A stretch of 64,000 nucleotides of DNA from the human T2T-CHM13v2.0 reference genome, Homo sapiens, in the NCBI RefSeq assembly GCF_009914755.1, contig NC_060935.1, one strand, 5' to 3'. Below are positions 1 to 16,409 of the stretch, piece after piece. The notes below the pieces were generated by a model, which was not told the origin of the DNA, made no database searches, and worked only from the letters and a program-made list of their open reading frames with translations. Position 1 is the first letter of the stretch; each line of letters begins with the position of its first letter. The translations under genes and the position numbers were made by a program.

Positions 1-247
1 ACCAAAGATTATACTTAAAATTTAAGTTTAAACCTATGCAAACTTTCCTTCTCATCATAATAAATTACTGTTTCTCTCTTTAATGTTTACTGAAAAAGAA
101 GCAGGAATCACCCCAAGATGTTCATCTGCTAAAACTACATATATATATATTACATATATGCACACACACATGCACACACATACATACATATTATCTGTAC
201 TATATATGAAATATAATTACTTATGTATACACACATATACATATATT

Positions 248-1410
248 CAGTCATGTATCATATAATGACAGGATATGCTCTGAGAAATGCATCGTTAGGC
301 AATCTTGTCATGCAAACATCATAGAGTGTACTTACACAAACCTAGATGAAATAGCCTACTACAACCTAGGCTATATGGCATCACCTATTGCTCCTAGGGT
401 ACAAATCTGCACATCTTGTTACTATACTGAATACTGCAGGCAACTGTAACACAATGGCAAGTATTTATGTATCTAAACATAGAAGAAGTAAAGTAAAAAT
501 AAATGATATAAAAAATTAAAAATGGTATACCTGTATAGGGCATCTACCATGAATAAAGTTTGCAGAAATGTAAATTGTCTAAGTGAGTCAGTGAGTGAGG
601 GGCGAGTGAATGTGAAGACCTAGGACACTACTGTACACTACTGTAGACTTTATCAACACTGTTCACTTGGTCCACATTAAATTTATAGAAACTTTTTCTT
701 TCTTCAATAATAAATTAACCATAGTTTACTATAACTTTATTTTATAAGCTTATTAAATTTTTTAACTTTTTAATTGTCTTAAAATAACACTTAGCTTATA
801 ACACAAAGACAGTGTGCAACTGAACAAAAATATTTTTTCTTTCATATCCTTATTCTATCAGCTTTTTTACTTTAAAATTTTTTATTATCTTTACATTTTT
901 CAAACTTTTTTGTTAAAATCTAAGACAGAAGCACACCTACATTAGCCTAGGCTTACACAGAGTCAGGGTCACCAATATCACTGCCTTCCACCTCATCATC
1001 TTGTCCCCACTAGAAGGTCTTTAGAGGCAATAACACACATGGAGCTGTCATCTCCTATGATAACAGTGCCTTATTCTAGAATACCTCCTTAAAAAATCCT
1101 ACTGGTGGCTATTTTACAGTTAACGTCATCTTTTATAATTAGAAGGAGTGCCCTCTACAATAACGATAAACAGAACAGTATAGTAAGTACGTAAAACAGT
1201 AACATAATCGCTTAAAATTTTATGCATTATACTGGCAGCACAGTAAGCTTGTTTACATCTGCATCATTACAAACTTGTGAGTAATGCATTGAGCTACGAC
1301 TTTCAATGGATACAATGTCACTAGGTGATAGAAATTTTCCAGTTCCATTGTAATATTATGTATATGTGGTCCTCTCTTTGACCAAATTGTCCTTATACCA
1401 TAAATGACTC
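248..1410 (-). mobile_element. Tigger3/Golem-family (Tigger3b-like) TcMar DNA transposon
   Basis: Termini CAGTCATG (248) and ATGACTC followed by TA (1410-1412). Internal motifs such as AACATCATAGAGTGTACTTACACAAACCTAGATG and GGAGCTGTCATCTCCTATGATAACA match the recalled Tigger3 consensus in reverse. Confidence 0.85.
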
Positions 1411-1416
1411 TATACA

Positions 1417-3795
<2,379 letters not shown>

Positions 3796-3799
3796 ACTA

Positions 3800-6700
3800 C
3801 ATGTTGCCTACAAGAAACTCACTTCACCTGCAAAGTCAAACATAGAAGGAAAGAGAAGACATAGAAAAAATATTTCACACAAATGGAAAATATAAGCATG
3901 CAGGAGTAGCTATACTTATATCAACAAAATACACTTTAAGTCAAAAAACATAAAAAGAGACAAAGAAGGCATGATAAAGCAGTAAATTCAGCCAGAGGAT
4001 ATAACAATTATAAATACACACGCACTCAACACAGAGCACCCAGATATATAAAGCAAATTTCAACCTAAAGAGATAGACCCCACTAAAATACTAGATGGGG
4101 ACTTCACTACCCCACTTTCAGCATTGGACAGATCATCTAGAGAGACAATCAACAGAGAAATATTAGACTTAAACTGAGCTATAGATCAAATAGACCTAAC
4201 AGATATTTATAGAACATTTTATCCAACAGCTGAAGAATATACATTCTTCTCACCAACACAAAAAAATTTCTCCAGAATAGACCATGTGTTGGGCCACACA
4301 CACAAAAAAATCTCAACAAATATTTAAAAATCTAAACCATATTAATTATATTTTCGGACAACAATGGAATAAAACTTGAAATCAGTAGCAAAAGGAACTC
4401 TGGAAACTATACACGGCATGAGAATTAAATACCATGCTCCCAGACACCCACTGGACAATGAAAAAATTTGATTTCTTAAAACAAATAAAAATTGAGTCAA
4501 GTTATACCAAAACCTATGAGATACCATGAAAACAGTACTACATCAAAAAGTAGAATAATTTTTTAATGACCTAAGTATGCACCTCAAGGAACTAGAAAAC
4601 CAAGGGAGAAAAACTAAAATTATTAGAAGAAAAGAAATAATATAGATCAGAGCGAAACTAAACAAAATGGAGATTGAAAAATAATACAAAAGATTAAATA
4701 GATGAAAAGTTAAATTTTAAAAGGAGAAACAATATTGACACACCATTAGCTAGCATAAGGAAAAAAACAGAGAAGACCCAAATAAATAAAATCAGAAATG
4801 ACAAAAAATATATTACAACTGATACCACATAAATTCAAAGGATGATTAGAGCCTATTATAAACAACTATATGCAAAAAAAACTAGAAAGCCTAAAAGAAA
4901 TGGATAGATTTTTGAACCCATATAAGCTATAGAGATTGAACCAAGAAGAAACAGAAAACATGAACAGACCAATAATGAGTAATGAGATTGAATAGGTAAT
5001 AAAAAGTCTGTCAATGAGGAAAAGCCCGGAACCAGATAACTTTACTGCTGAATGTTACCAAACACATAAATAAGAGCTAACACCAGTTCTCAAATTTTTC
5101 CAAAAAATTCAACAGGAAGAAATTTTTCCTGACTCTTTCTATGAATCCAGCATTACCTTGACACCAAAATTAGACAAGGACACATACACACACACACACA
5201 GGCCAACATTGGTGATGAACACAGATGCAAAAGTCCTCAACAAAATACTAGAAAACTGAATCCAACAACCCATCAGAAAGATAACACATTATGATCAAGT
5301 GGAGTTTATCCCAGGAATGCACATTTTCTTCAACATATGCAAATCATAAATGTGATTCATCAACAGAATGAAGGACAAAAATCCTAATTTTTTCAAGATG
5401 CAGAAAAAGCATTTGATAAAAATCAAGTTATTCATGAAAAAAACTCTCAACAAATTAGATATAAAAGGAACACACCTCAACATAATAAAGGACATATATT
5501 AAAAAACCACAGTTAACATCATACTAAATGGGAAGTAGCTGAAAGTGTTTCATCTAAGAAATAGAACAAGACAAGAATGCTCACCTTCAGCGCTGCTATT
5601 CAATATAATACAGGAAGAGCTAGCCAGAGCAATTAGCCAAGAGGAAAAAAAAAAGGCATCCAAATTGGAAAAGAGAAAGTCTAATTGTCCCTCTTTGCAG
5701 ATTACATAATCTTACATATAGAAAAACCTAGCCCCCACCAAAAAACTCTTAGAATTGATAAATGAATTCAGTAAAGTTTCAGGATACAAAATCAACATGC
5801 AAAACTCAGTGGTGTTTCTATACACCAATAATGAACTAGATGAAAATAAATCAAGAAAGCTATCCCATTTATAATAGCTACAAAAAAAATAAAATACTTA
5901 GAAATTAACCAAACAGGTAAAAATTCTTTATAATGCGAGCTATAAAATGCTGATGGAAGACACTGAAGAAACCACCAAACAATGGAAAGATATCCCATGC
6001 TCCTGGATTACAAGAATTAATATTGTTAAAAATAACCATATTACTCAAAGCAATAAACATAGTAAATGCAAGCCCTGTCAAAATATCAATGACTTTCCTC
6101 ACAGAAATAGAAAAAATAATTCTAAAATTCACATGGAATCACAGAAGACCCTAAACAGCCAAAGGAATACTGAGCTAAAACAACCTAGCTGGAAGTATCA
6201 CACAATCTGACTTTAAAATACACTAAAAAGCTGTAGGAACCAAAACAGCATGGTAGTGACATAAAAACAGACACATAGTTCAATGGAACAGAATAGAGAT
6301 CCTAGAAATAAATCCATGTATTTGCAGCCAACTGGCTTTTGCCAAAGATGCCAAGAATGTACCCATTGTGGAAAGGATACTGTCTTCAATTAATAGTTCT
6401 GGGAAAACTGAATATCCATAGGCAAAAGAATGAATCTAGATCCTTATCTCTCATATACAAAACTCAACTCAAAATGGATTAAAGTCTTATATGTAAAACC
6501 CCAAATTATAACACTACTGGAAGAAAACATATAGGAAACCCTGCAAGACATTGGTCTAGGCAAAAATTTTGTAGGTAAGACTTCAAAAGCACGGGTAATA
6601 AAACAAAAACAGAACTGTGGAACACTAAAAACCTTCAGCACAACAAAGAAAACAGTCAACAGACTGAAGAGACAACCTATAGAATGGTAGAAAATATTTG

Positions 6701-7745
6701 CAAACTATTCATCCAACAAAGAACTCAAACAACTTGACAGCCAAAAATATACATATTTTAAAATGAGCAAAAGATCTGAATAAACATTTCTCAAAAGAAG
6801 ACATAAAAATGGCCAAGCATATAAAAAAAGTCTCAAAATCACTAATACTCAGAGAAATGCAAATAAAAACCAAAATGAGATGTCATCTCACCCCAGTTAA
6901 ATTGGCTATCGTCGAAAAACAACAAATGCCACCAAGGATGTGGAGTAAAAGGAACTCTTACATACTGTTGGTAGGAATGTACATTTGTAGAGCCATTATG
7001 AAAAACAATATTGAAGTTTCTCAAAAAACTAAAAGTAGAACTACCATGCAATCCAGCAATCCCACCACTGGGTATTTATCCAAAGAAATGGAAATCACTA
7101 TATAAAGAGATACCTGCATCCCATGTTTATTGCAGCTCTATTCATAGTAGCCAGCATGTAGGATCAACTTAGATGTTCATTGGTGAATGAATGAATGAGA
7201 AAAGTTTGGTGTATATACATAGTGGAAGACTGTTCAGATATAAAAAAGGAAGGAAATCCTGTCGTTCATGGCACTATGGGTGATCCTGGAGGAAATTATG
7301 TGAAGTGAAAAAAGCCAGGTACAGAAAGATAAATATTGTATTTCTTACTCACATGTAGGAGATAAAAACATGTTGAGCTCATGGAAGTAAAGAGAAGTCA
7401 AATTCTGGTTATTAGAGGCTGGGAAGAGTAAACAGAAGTGGAGGATAGGGAGAGATTGGTTAACAGAGACAAACTTAAAGCCAGATGGGAGGAACAATTT
7501 CCAGTGTTATGTAGTATCTTAGGGTGAATATGGTTATCAAAATTTCATGTATATGTATATGGTCAAAAAGCTAGAAGAGAGGAGTTTGAATGTTCACAGT
7601 ATAAATAAATGATAAATGTTCAAGGTTATGGATATGCTAATTACCTTGATTTGACCATTACACCCTGTATACATGTGTGAAGATATCATTCTGTATCCCA
7701 TAAGTATTTGTAATTATTATATGTCAATTAAAACATAAAGAAAAT
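3800..7745 (+). mobile_element. Old L1 (L1MA-type), 5'-truncated, ORF2 through 3'UTR, heavily decayed
   Basis: ORF2 remnants ([16 protein letters not shown]; [19 protein letters not shown]). L1MA-style 3'UTR GCTAGAAGAGAGGAGTTTGAATGTTC...GGATATGCTAATTACCTTGATTTG. Confidence 0.9.
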
Positions 7746-7782
7746 ATATATAATGCAAGCCAAATATAAGTTCATATTTTTA

Positions 7783-8652
7783 AGAACTTAAGCAAATTTA
7801 CAAGAAAAAAACAAACAACCCCATCAAAAAGTGGACGAAGGATGTGAACAGACATTTCTCAAAAGAAGACATTTATGCAGCCAACAAACATGAAAAAAAG
7901 CTTATCATCACTGGTCACTAGAGAAATGCAAATCAAAACCATAATGAGATACCATCTCACACCAGTTAGAATGGCGATCATTAAAAAGTCAGGAAACAAC
8001 AGATGCTGGAGAGGACATGGAGAAATAGGAATGCTTTTACACTGTTGCTGGGAGAGTAAATTAGTTCAACCATTGTGGAAGACAGTGTGGCAATTCCTCA
8101 AGGATCTAGAACTAGAAATACATTTGACCCAGTGATCCCATTACCGGGTATATACCCAAAGGATTATAAATCATTCTACTATAAAGACACATGCACACGT
8201 ATGTTTATTGCAGCACTGTTCACAATAGCAAAGACTTGGAACCAACCCAAATGTCCATCAGTGATAGACTGGATAAAGAAAATGTGGCACATATACACCA
8301 TAGAATACTATTCAGCCATAAAAAAGGATGAGTTCATGTCCTTTGCAGGGACATAGATGACACTGGAAACCATCATTCTCAACAGACTAACACAAGAACA
8401 GAAAACCAAACACCGTATGTTCTCACTCATAAGTGGGAGTTTAACAATGAGAACACATGGACACAGAGAGGGGAACATCACACACCAGGGCCTGTTGGGG
8501 AGTGGGGGCTGGGGGAAGGATAGCATTAGGAGAAATACCTAATGTAGATGATGGGTTGATAGGTGCAGCAAACCACCATGGCACCTGTATGCCTATGGAA
8601 CAAACCTGCATGTTCTGCACATGTACCCCAGAACTTAAAGTGTAATAAAAAA
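7783..8652 (+). mobile_element. L1PA7/8-like 3' fragment
   Basis: ORF2 C-terminus ([29 protein letters not shown]). 3'UTR ATACCTAATGTAGATGATGGGTTG...GAACTTAAAGT followed by an A-tail. Confidence 0.93.
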
Positions 8653-8654
8653 AG

Positions 8655-8765
8655 ATATAGGTAAAATTAATTTTACCAATATATTTTATTTAATCCAATA
8701 GGTCAAAAATATTATCCTTCCAGCATGCAGTCAATATAAAAATTGTTAATAAAATATTTTACTGC
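8655..8765. mobile_element. MER33/Charlie-type hAT fragment, probably split from 7750-7782 by the L1PA
   Basis: GGTAAAATTAATTTT...ATATTTTATTTAATCCAATA...AATATAAAAATTGTTAATAAAATATTTTAC resembles the recalled MER33 consensus. Confidence 0.55.
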
Positions 8766-9369
8766 ATAAAAAATGAGAAGTCAGTACAAAAATAGATGGA
8801 ATTATTTTACCAAGTGCAAGCATGCTCTTAATATCATTCTTAATAAAATAACTCATTTAAATTTTGCCTGATAAAAGCTAAATAGAAATGAAATTTGAAG
8901 AAACTGCTAAAATTTAGGTAACAACTTCTTTACCAGAAATAATTATCATTCGTTATTCCTTTACAGTTAAGGGAAGAGTTAAGGGAATCTTTTTAGTCTA
9001 CAGTCTTTCTCGTTTAGCAGTTTGTTTCCAATCAAGTTTCAGCTTTCACTTTATTGAATGAACTTCTATAGCGTGAAGAAACAACGTGTTCACATTACTC
9101 TTGTCTGTCATTCCAAACCCCGGTGGCTTTAACTATGTAAACTATGTGTCTATATATTCAAGGCTGTGGCATTCAGCTATGCTCTATAACCATAACTCTC
9201 AGTTATTTAGTCTTAATTTTGTATTTAAATAATTCAGTGCTTACTCCCAGGCTTCTACTTTCTTGAGTTCTTTCGATTCATTTGTCAAGCATTTTCTTCA
9301 AGACTAGCTTAGAAGGACTATATTCTCTGAGGTCTTGCCTGCTTCAGGTTTTTTGTATGACTTTTCGTG

Positions 9370-11900
9370 GCAGTATATTATTGAAATGTAATTTTAGTAC
9401 ATAGTACGCACAAATCCTAAGTATACAAATTTGGGGGAGGGAGCTTTTCTCATACTTCTTTTTTGAGGCAAAATTGCTATACAATAAGCTATACATATTT
9501 AAAATGTACAATATGGCAAATGTTAACATGTGTTTACACTGTGAAATCATCACTGCATCAGGAAAATGCACATACCCATCACCTTCAAAGCCTTCCTGGA
9601 ATCACAGTACTAAAACTGTATAATCATCTTAAAAAATGAAAAAAAAAATTCACAATTGTCGTGTTTATATAATATTTTTAAAAATTAAACCTAAAAATAA
9701 AAAGGAATTCTTAACATGATGAAGGGAATCTGCAAACAAACAAACAAAGCTACACCTAACTTCACACTTAAAAGAGTGAATTCTTTACCTATAAGTCTGG
9801 TGAAAAGAAAAAAAAATTCCACTCTCACTGCTACTACATGATCATGTAGTGGATTCATGGACAGTGCAATAAGGCAAGAAAAAATAATAAATGACAGATA
9901 CATTGCACAGGAAAAAATAAGATTATTTCTATTTGTAAATGACATGGTGTTCTATGCAATGAACAATTGGAAATTGAAGTTTTTAAAAGGCAATATTACA
10001 ACAGCACCAAAAATCATGAAACCTTCAAAATAAATCTAATAAACTACGTACAAGATATGTACACCATAAACTAAAACTAATTAAAGAAATAGAAAACTTA
10101 TGTAAATAGAAAGATATACCATATTTATATTCCTTTTTGTTGCTGTGTATTATTCCATTGTAAAGATGAAGATACCATAATTTATCAATTAAACTGTTGA
10201 TAGACATCTAGGTTGTTTACAGTTTTTGGCTGTTAAAAATAAACCTACTACTAACATTTGTGTGTATATGTGCATATATATGCGTACAATTTTTGAAATT
10301 TTAGCAAATTCAATTCTAAAGTACATAAAATAGATAATACATCATGACAACTAAAGTTCAATCTTGAATGAAATAAGCCAAACATTGGAAGACTGAATAT
10401 TTCTAACATGTCCATCTTTTTAAAGCTGATGTATACAATCCATGAAATTACATTAATTCCAAGTAAGTTTGATTGTGAGAAATTGATGACAAAATTTATA
10501 TGGATAGACAAAGACACAAAAATAGCCAAAAAAAAAAAAAAATAGCCAGAACAATTTTTCAAAGAAACAGAGTAGGAGGTCTCACACTACTTGATTTCAA
10601 GACTCCCTATAGTTCTGCAATAATTAAAACAGTGTGATATTGTCAGAAGGTTACACAGATGGATCAATGGAACAGAATGTAGAGTCCAGAAATAGGCCCA
10701 CATATATTAGGCTAATTGATTTTGACAAATGTGCAACGGCAATCTATTGAAGAAATTATGGGCTTTTCAAGCAATCACACTGGAATAATTCCATATTCAT
10801 AACAAAAAGAAAAAAATCTCAAAACCTACCGCTATGGTTTGAATGTGTTCCCCAAATTTTATGTGTTGGAAACTTAATCCCAAGCTCATATGCTGATTGA
10901 AGGTGAGGCCTTCTGAGGTTAACAAAGATTAGATAATGTCATTAAGGTGGACCCCCATGATGAGACTGTTGGCTTTGTAAGAAGAGAAAGGGAGACCTAA
11001 GCTGACACACAAGCTCATGCCCTCTGCCTGTGATGCCCTCTGCCATGTTATGTCTCAGCAAAAAGGCTCTCCAGATGCTGCCACCTTAATGTTGGACTTC
11101 TCAGCCTCCAGAAAGTGTAAGAAATAAATTTCTTTTCTTTATAAATTACTCAGTCTTGGCAGTCTGTTATAGAAATGCAGAAGAGACTAAGACACCTAAC
11201 TCACATCATTAATATAATTATCACAGAATTACTCAGACATAAAGATAAAACATTAACCTTTAAGATTTTTAGAAGGGAGCAAAGGGAAAACTTTTTGACA
11301 TAGAGTAAGGCAAAGATTCCTGATAAGCTACCAAAAACAGAGTCCATCAGAGAAAAAAAGATAGTTAATTAGACATTATCAAAGTTAAAATCCTTTCCTC
11401 TAAGAAAGATAATACTCAAAGAATGAAACAAGCCAAACACTGGAAGGTTATATTTTCAAATCATACTTCTATTAAGTAATATACATCCAGAATCTGTAAA
11501 GAACCAGTAAACCTCAAAAATAAGTAAAGCAACAACTGATTAAATAAATGAACAAAGGTTGTACCTAGACACTTTGCCCAAAAGCGGCATATGGATGGGA
11601 AATAAACTCATGAAAGGATCCTCAACATCTTTAGTTATTAGGGAAAGTCAAATTAAAATCACAATGACATACCACTAAAAACCTATTAGAAAAGTGAAAA
11701 TAAATAAACAAAGTGACTAAATCTAATGCTAATGAGTACACAGAGCAGCTGAAATGTTCATTCATCAGTGGTGGGAATGCAACATGGTGCATCTGTTAGA
11801 AAACCATTCGTAGTTTCTCTTAAGGTCGTCACAATTTAAGGTATTTGCCTACAAAAATAAAAGCTTCTGCTCACACACAAAAACTGTACACTTATGGTCA
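9370..11900 (+). mobile_element. Ancient L1M ORF2 remnants, with antisense L1 3'-end pieces at about 9370-9600 and 10130-10290
   Basis: Degenerate ORF2 motifs: GGAGGTCTCACACTACTTGATTTCAAGAC, GATCAATGGAACAGAAT, CAACATCTTTAGTTATTAGGGAAAGTCAAATTAAAATCACAATG. Confidence 0.75.
10830..11194. mobile_element. MST-type (MSTC/MSTD-like) ERVL-MaLR solo LTR inserted in L1M
   Basis: (T/C)GCTATGGTTTGAATGTG...TTGGACTTCTCAGCCTCCAGAA...GACTAAGACA. Near-perfect 5-bp TSD CCTAC/CCTAA. Confidence 0.88.
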
Positions 11901-14208
11901 TAGTGGCCTAAGGATTATTCTAACGCTCCTCCTCTTCTTTTTCTGTAGAGATGCTAAGGACACTTATAAGTCTCAGTCTTTGATGTCAGTCAAATAAAAG
12001 TCATGATTTTTAATTACGATTTTGCCCAGAAGTAATCATGTAACCAAAAACAAGGCATCTAAACAGCAATCTCTGTTTTTGAGATATTATAATAATTACA
12101 GGTAGCATCATGTAAGCTATTTTATTCTGATATAGTGGCTTCTCCAGGAGCCTATCTATAATTCAAGTGCTTTAATAAAGACATAATTATGAAGTCGTTT
12201 ATACACAGACCAAGGTGCTTTTGCCTTGCTGTCTTTGGAGGCTTAATATTCTATTCAAAATTTTACATCACAAATAACACATTCCACCAGGCCTAAAAGA
12301 TCGGGAACTTTCTTCTCCCCTCCTTTTCTAACAGTGCCTGTTTGACTTTTAGGTACAATCATTATCACACAGTTAGTGACTCCAGAAATGCCTGTCAAAA
12401 AATATATTACACACACACACATAGTCTGCATAGTTACGTAATTTTAACATTATGATATACATGGCCATATAATGCATAATGCTCTGTAATCTTTCAGATG
12501 AAATCACTTTTTTTTTTTTACTCAGCACTACTTTCCTCTTAGCTCACTCCAATTCATTGCCCTTATTTGTTTCATGTTTATAACCTACAACACACCCTCC
12601 CGTATGTTGTTACGTGCTTATATTATCTGACAACTGCAATATGAGTTTCTAATACCTTAAAATGAAAATACCTAATGAAAGCCACAAAACCATGAGTGAT
12701 TTAGTTGTCTGCAGGTCCTCCAGCCCTCAGGTTTAACCTTTCTTTAATATCAGATAACTTATGCCTTCGTCCTACTCAGAAAAATTCTATGATCACCATA
12801 GTATTTGTAAGGCCTTCCCATTTAGAGAAAAAGGAGTCATAGGTAGAAGCTTTAATTTTCCATTGTTCTACTTTCTAAGTTCCTCTTTCCTAACTTGAAA
12901 TCCAATTGCCACTCATTATTTTTCTGGTTGAAGTTTCCTTTCTTTCCCTTCCTGGTTCTCCACAAATATGACCATAGATTTCTCACATTCACTCCTCGAA
13001 ACATTATTTAATGTATAGTCGTTTTGGATTACAAATTTTATCAAAGCTTTATGCTAATAAAAGATAGTTACAGTAATTTACAGAACAGATACAAATTCAG
13101 ACTGAGAATTTAAATTGAGAATTTCAGATGGTTTCTAAATCCTAATTGATAATCCCCACAGAGGGACCTCTTGTATATTGGCTATGTGTCTCTTTGGATT
13201 CTTGCCTAAATGACAAATTGGTAGGCTCTTTTCTCTCCTATGCCTCTATTCTCTGAGTTATAAACACCAGAAAATATTTCAATATACTTTTTGATTTTGT
13301 AAAATACATCAACTCCCTACTTGAGCCAATCAATTCGCAACTACCCCAGCTTAATAGATCTCCACTTTCACAATTTCACCCAAAAACACAATTTCCCAGA
13401 ACAAAAAACTAAAGCAACAACCATCCTGAGATTATTTATCATCTAGAAACAAAGTGCACTCAACTGTCCAAAAGAAATGTTTTCTCATATAGTATCTCGT
13501 GTTTAATAAGTGAAATAATAAAGCATACCAGAAAAAGTAGTAGACTTGAAATCAGGAGTCTATTAACTTATTTTAGGCTTTTTTATAAAGAAATTGTGTG
13601 ACTTTAAGGGAATCATTAGCATCTCTTAGTTTCAGCACCTCATAGATGCAATCAGTGTATACTGGTGATCTATATAAGCTATTTGGGGTATACCAAGGTA
13701 AACGTAAAATTAATGCCAAAAGAAGCTTCATGTGTAGTATTTAAAACTGCAAAGTGGGCTGTATTTGTTAAGTCTTGTTGAACCTTGTCTGTCTGGAAAA
13801 CGCTGACGTTTAAAGGATGCATGATGCTGCCCAGTGGAGGATGGAAAGACGAGTAGAGACAGGTTGTCAGGCTCTTACATGCAGCGGAACATTGTTATCC
13901 TAATTTTACTTTACTTGATCATTTGAAAAACCAATCATCTTTTCTAGAAGAAAAAAGGAAGTCCATAATGACAATGGAAAAAGAGAAAAACTTTCTTTAT
14001 TATTACACAGGAAAAATGATGAAAAGGGGAAAGATGTGCAAAGGGTGAGGGGAAAAATCTACTATAAAAAATTGGAGACAAATTGACAGGATGATACTCA
14101 ACTAACCATCCTCATGATAACAAATAGGAAAAATTATTTCCTCCTCAATTATTATAATAAAATACAGAGAATCCCCATCCTGTAACTACATACACAGAGA
14201 AATGTTGT

Positions 14209-15158
14209 TTATGGCAAAAACATTCTCCTACTCAGAGATTTTCCCATGGCAAATTTAACATCTTTCCTCCTTAAGCTGTAGATTAAGGAGCTCATCATGG
14301 GAAGCCCGTTCATATAAAAAACAGAAGAGAATTTTCCCTCATCCATAGACCCAGCAGAAGATGGTTTGAGATACATAAATGCACTTAATCCAAAGAACAG
14401 AGAAACAGCAATTATGTGGGAACTGCAAGTGCTGAAGGCTTTGGACCTTCCCTCATTGGAACTGATGTGGAGGATCCTGGAGAGGATGTCACCATAAGAG
14501 ATAAAGACGGTGACAGTGGGCACAATGGTATTGATGCCTGCCACAATGAAAACCACCAGTTCATTGATGTAGGTGCTGGTGCAGGAGAGCTGGAACACAG
14601 GGAGGATGTCACGGAAGTAATGATTGATGGTGTTTGCATCACAGGTCAGCCTCAGCATGCATCCAGTGTGGGCCATGGCCCCAGAAAAGGATAGGAAGTA
14701 GGAACCAAGCATAAGGCTGAAACACACTTTAGGGGACATGGCAATGTGATAAAGAAGTGGGTAACAGATGGCCACACAGCAATCATAGGCCATTGACGTC
14801 AGCATATAACATTCAGAAATAAATTAAAAAAAAAAAAACAGAAAAAGAAAAAGAAAAGCTAGATCATGCAAACCATGTAGGAGATAACATTCTCCTCTGA
14901 AATACAGTTCCTCGGAAGTTGGAGTATAAACACAGAAGAATAACAGAGGTCTGTGAAGAACAATTTAGAAAGGAAAAAGTACTTGGGAGTGTGAAGACGT
15001 GAATTTCGCATAGTTAGAATTACCAAGACAAAGTTTCTTATCACAGTGACAACATACATTACAAGAAACATGAAGAACAGAGGGAGTTAAAGATCTGGCT
15101 AGTCTGTTAACCCCACCAGAATGAATTCATTCATCAAAGAGCCATTTCCAGGAGCCAT
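14209..15158 (-). pseudogene. OR8B-subfamily olfactory receptor pseudogene (possibly OR8B5P by recalled gene order, unverified)
   Basis: Begins at ATG 15158: MAPGNGSLMNEFILVGLTD*PDL*LPLFF. Stops at 15099-15101, 15087-15089 and 14859-14861. Frameshifting T-run expansion at about 14820-14860. MAYDRY is changed to [15 protein letters not shown] and LIYSLR motifs are retained. Confidence 0.95.
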
Positions 15159-16187
15159 TCTACTCTAAGGGAATCTATGGACACAGGAGAAAAGGGTTGC
15201 ATAAGAGGACAACCCAGAACTTCCCATGGTGTTTTCTCCCACACCTTGGAATATTGTTGAGATTGTCTGAAACTAGACTGATGTGGACCCACAGAATCTG
15301 CCTTTACCACTACTATGTTACTGAGTGACATTGACTTACCCATGGTAGAATCTTACTAAACCAGATATAGCACCAACTTAGCCTACGGAGTGAAGGCTGG
15401 TTCTCCCATATGCAAACGTAACTCTTAAGAAGTGATAGAATAAGGGAGAAAAAGGATGAATGGGGACAGAATCATCCTTCCCTCATCTCATTATTTCTTC
15501 ATTCACTTGAGTCCTCCCTCACCGTTAAAATTGGAAGCAGAGACCTTTGCGACCTGGTGCCCATCTCCAATGCAGATTAGACTGTGGTGTGGGAGGGAGA
15601 AAGAATCTTGTTTCTAATACACAGGTAGGGGAACCAAGTCTAGAAAAGGTTATATTACTACTCCAAGTCACAGAAAAAGCCATAAATCTAGAAGAGGTAG
15701 ATTTTCATTCATGGAGAGGGAATTACTGACCAAAATACCGCATCCACCGCTTTCTCTGTTTTCTCTGAACATTCCCAGCTCCCACTTTAAATAGATTCTT
15801 ACATCAGTTGCACTTGAATCTCAAGACTGACAAGGTGTAAAATAAAAGGCAATATGTTATATCCCTGTAATTCCGTTTCAAAGCAAGACAGTAATATAAA
15901 TAGAATTCAGAAATACACCCTCTCATGCCAGACAACCTTGGTGCGTACTGTTGATTACTTACCCAGTGGTCCTGGAAGGGCAATTTCAGGGTCTGAGGCT
16001 TTGGGTTTTTTGCTTCTAAGAAGGTGCAGCCCAAACTCTATTTCCAGTATGTTCTGAATTTTTTTCTGAACTACAGATCATCTAATTTATTATTATTGCT
16101 TTGAATCCTCTCAAGCATCAGAAAAAATAAAGTCTTTATTGTTATCATATATGCCATTTAATGAGACACCAGAAGACTTACTATGAG

Positions 16188-16331
16188 TTTAATGATAATA
16201 ATACAAGTTGTTCTAAAGAGGATAGAAGCTTGCTCAGTCTCTTCCCCAGGAAACAGATTTTAAGAGTAACAGGAAAACGGGGGAATTGTATTTTCACTCT
16301 GGACCATAATCTGCCTTTAGTTCCTTAGAGA
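16188..16331. promoter_or_regulatory. Candidate OR promoter: homeodomain site plus degenerate O/E (EBF) sites
   Basis: TTTAATGA 16188-16195, TCCCCAGGAA 16243-16252 and TCCTTAGAGA 16322-16331, at the same relative positions as in the paralog at 24148-24290. Confidence 0.45.
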
Positions 16332-16409
16332 CTCAATATTTTACTCAAGTTTTCTTTTCACTCTGGGGATTGTACGTCAGCCATGCAGAGCCAGAAATAA
16401 GCTTCAGTT

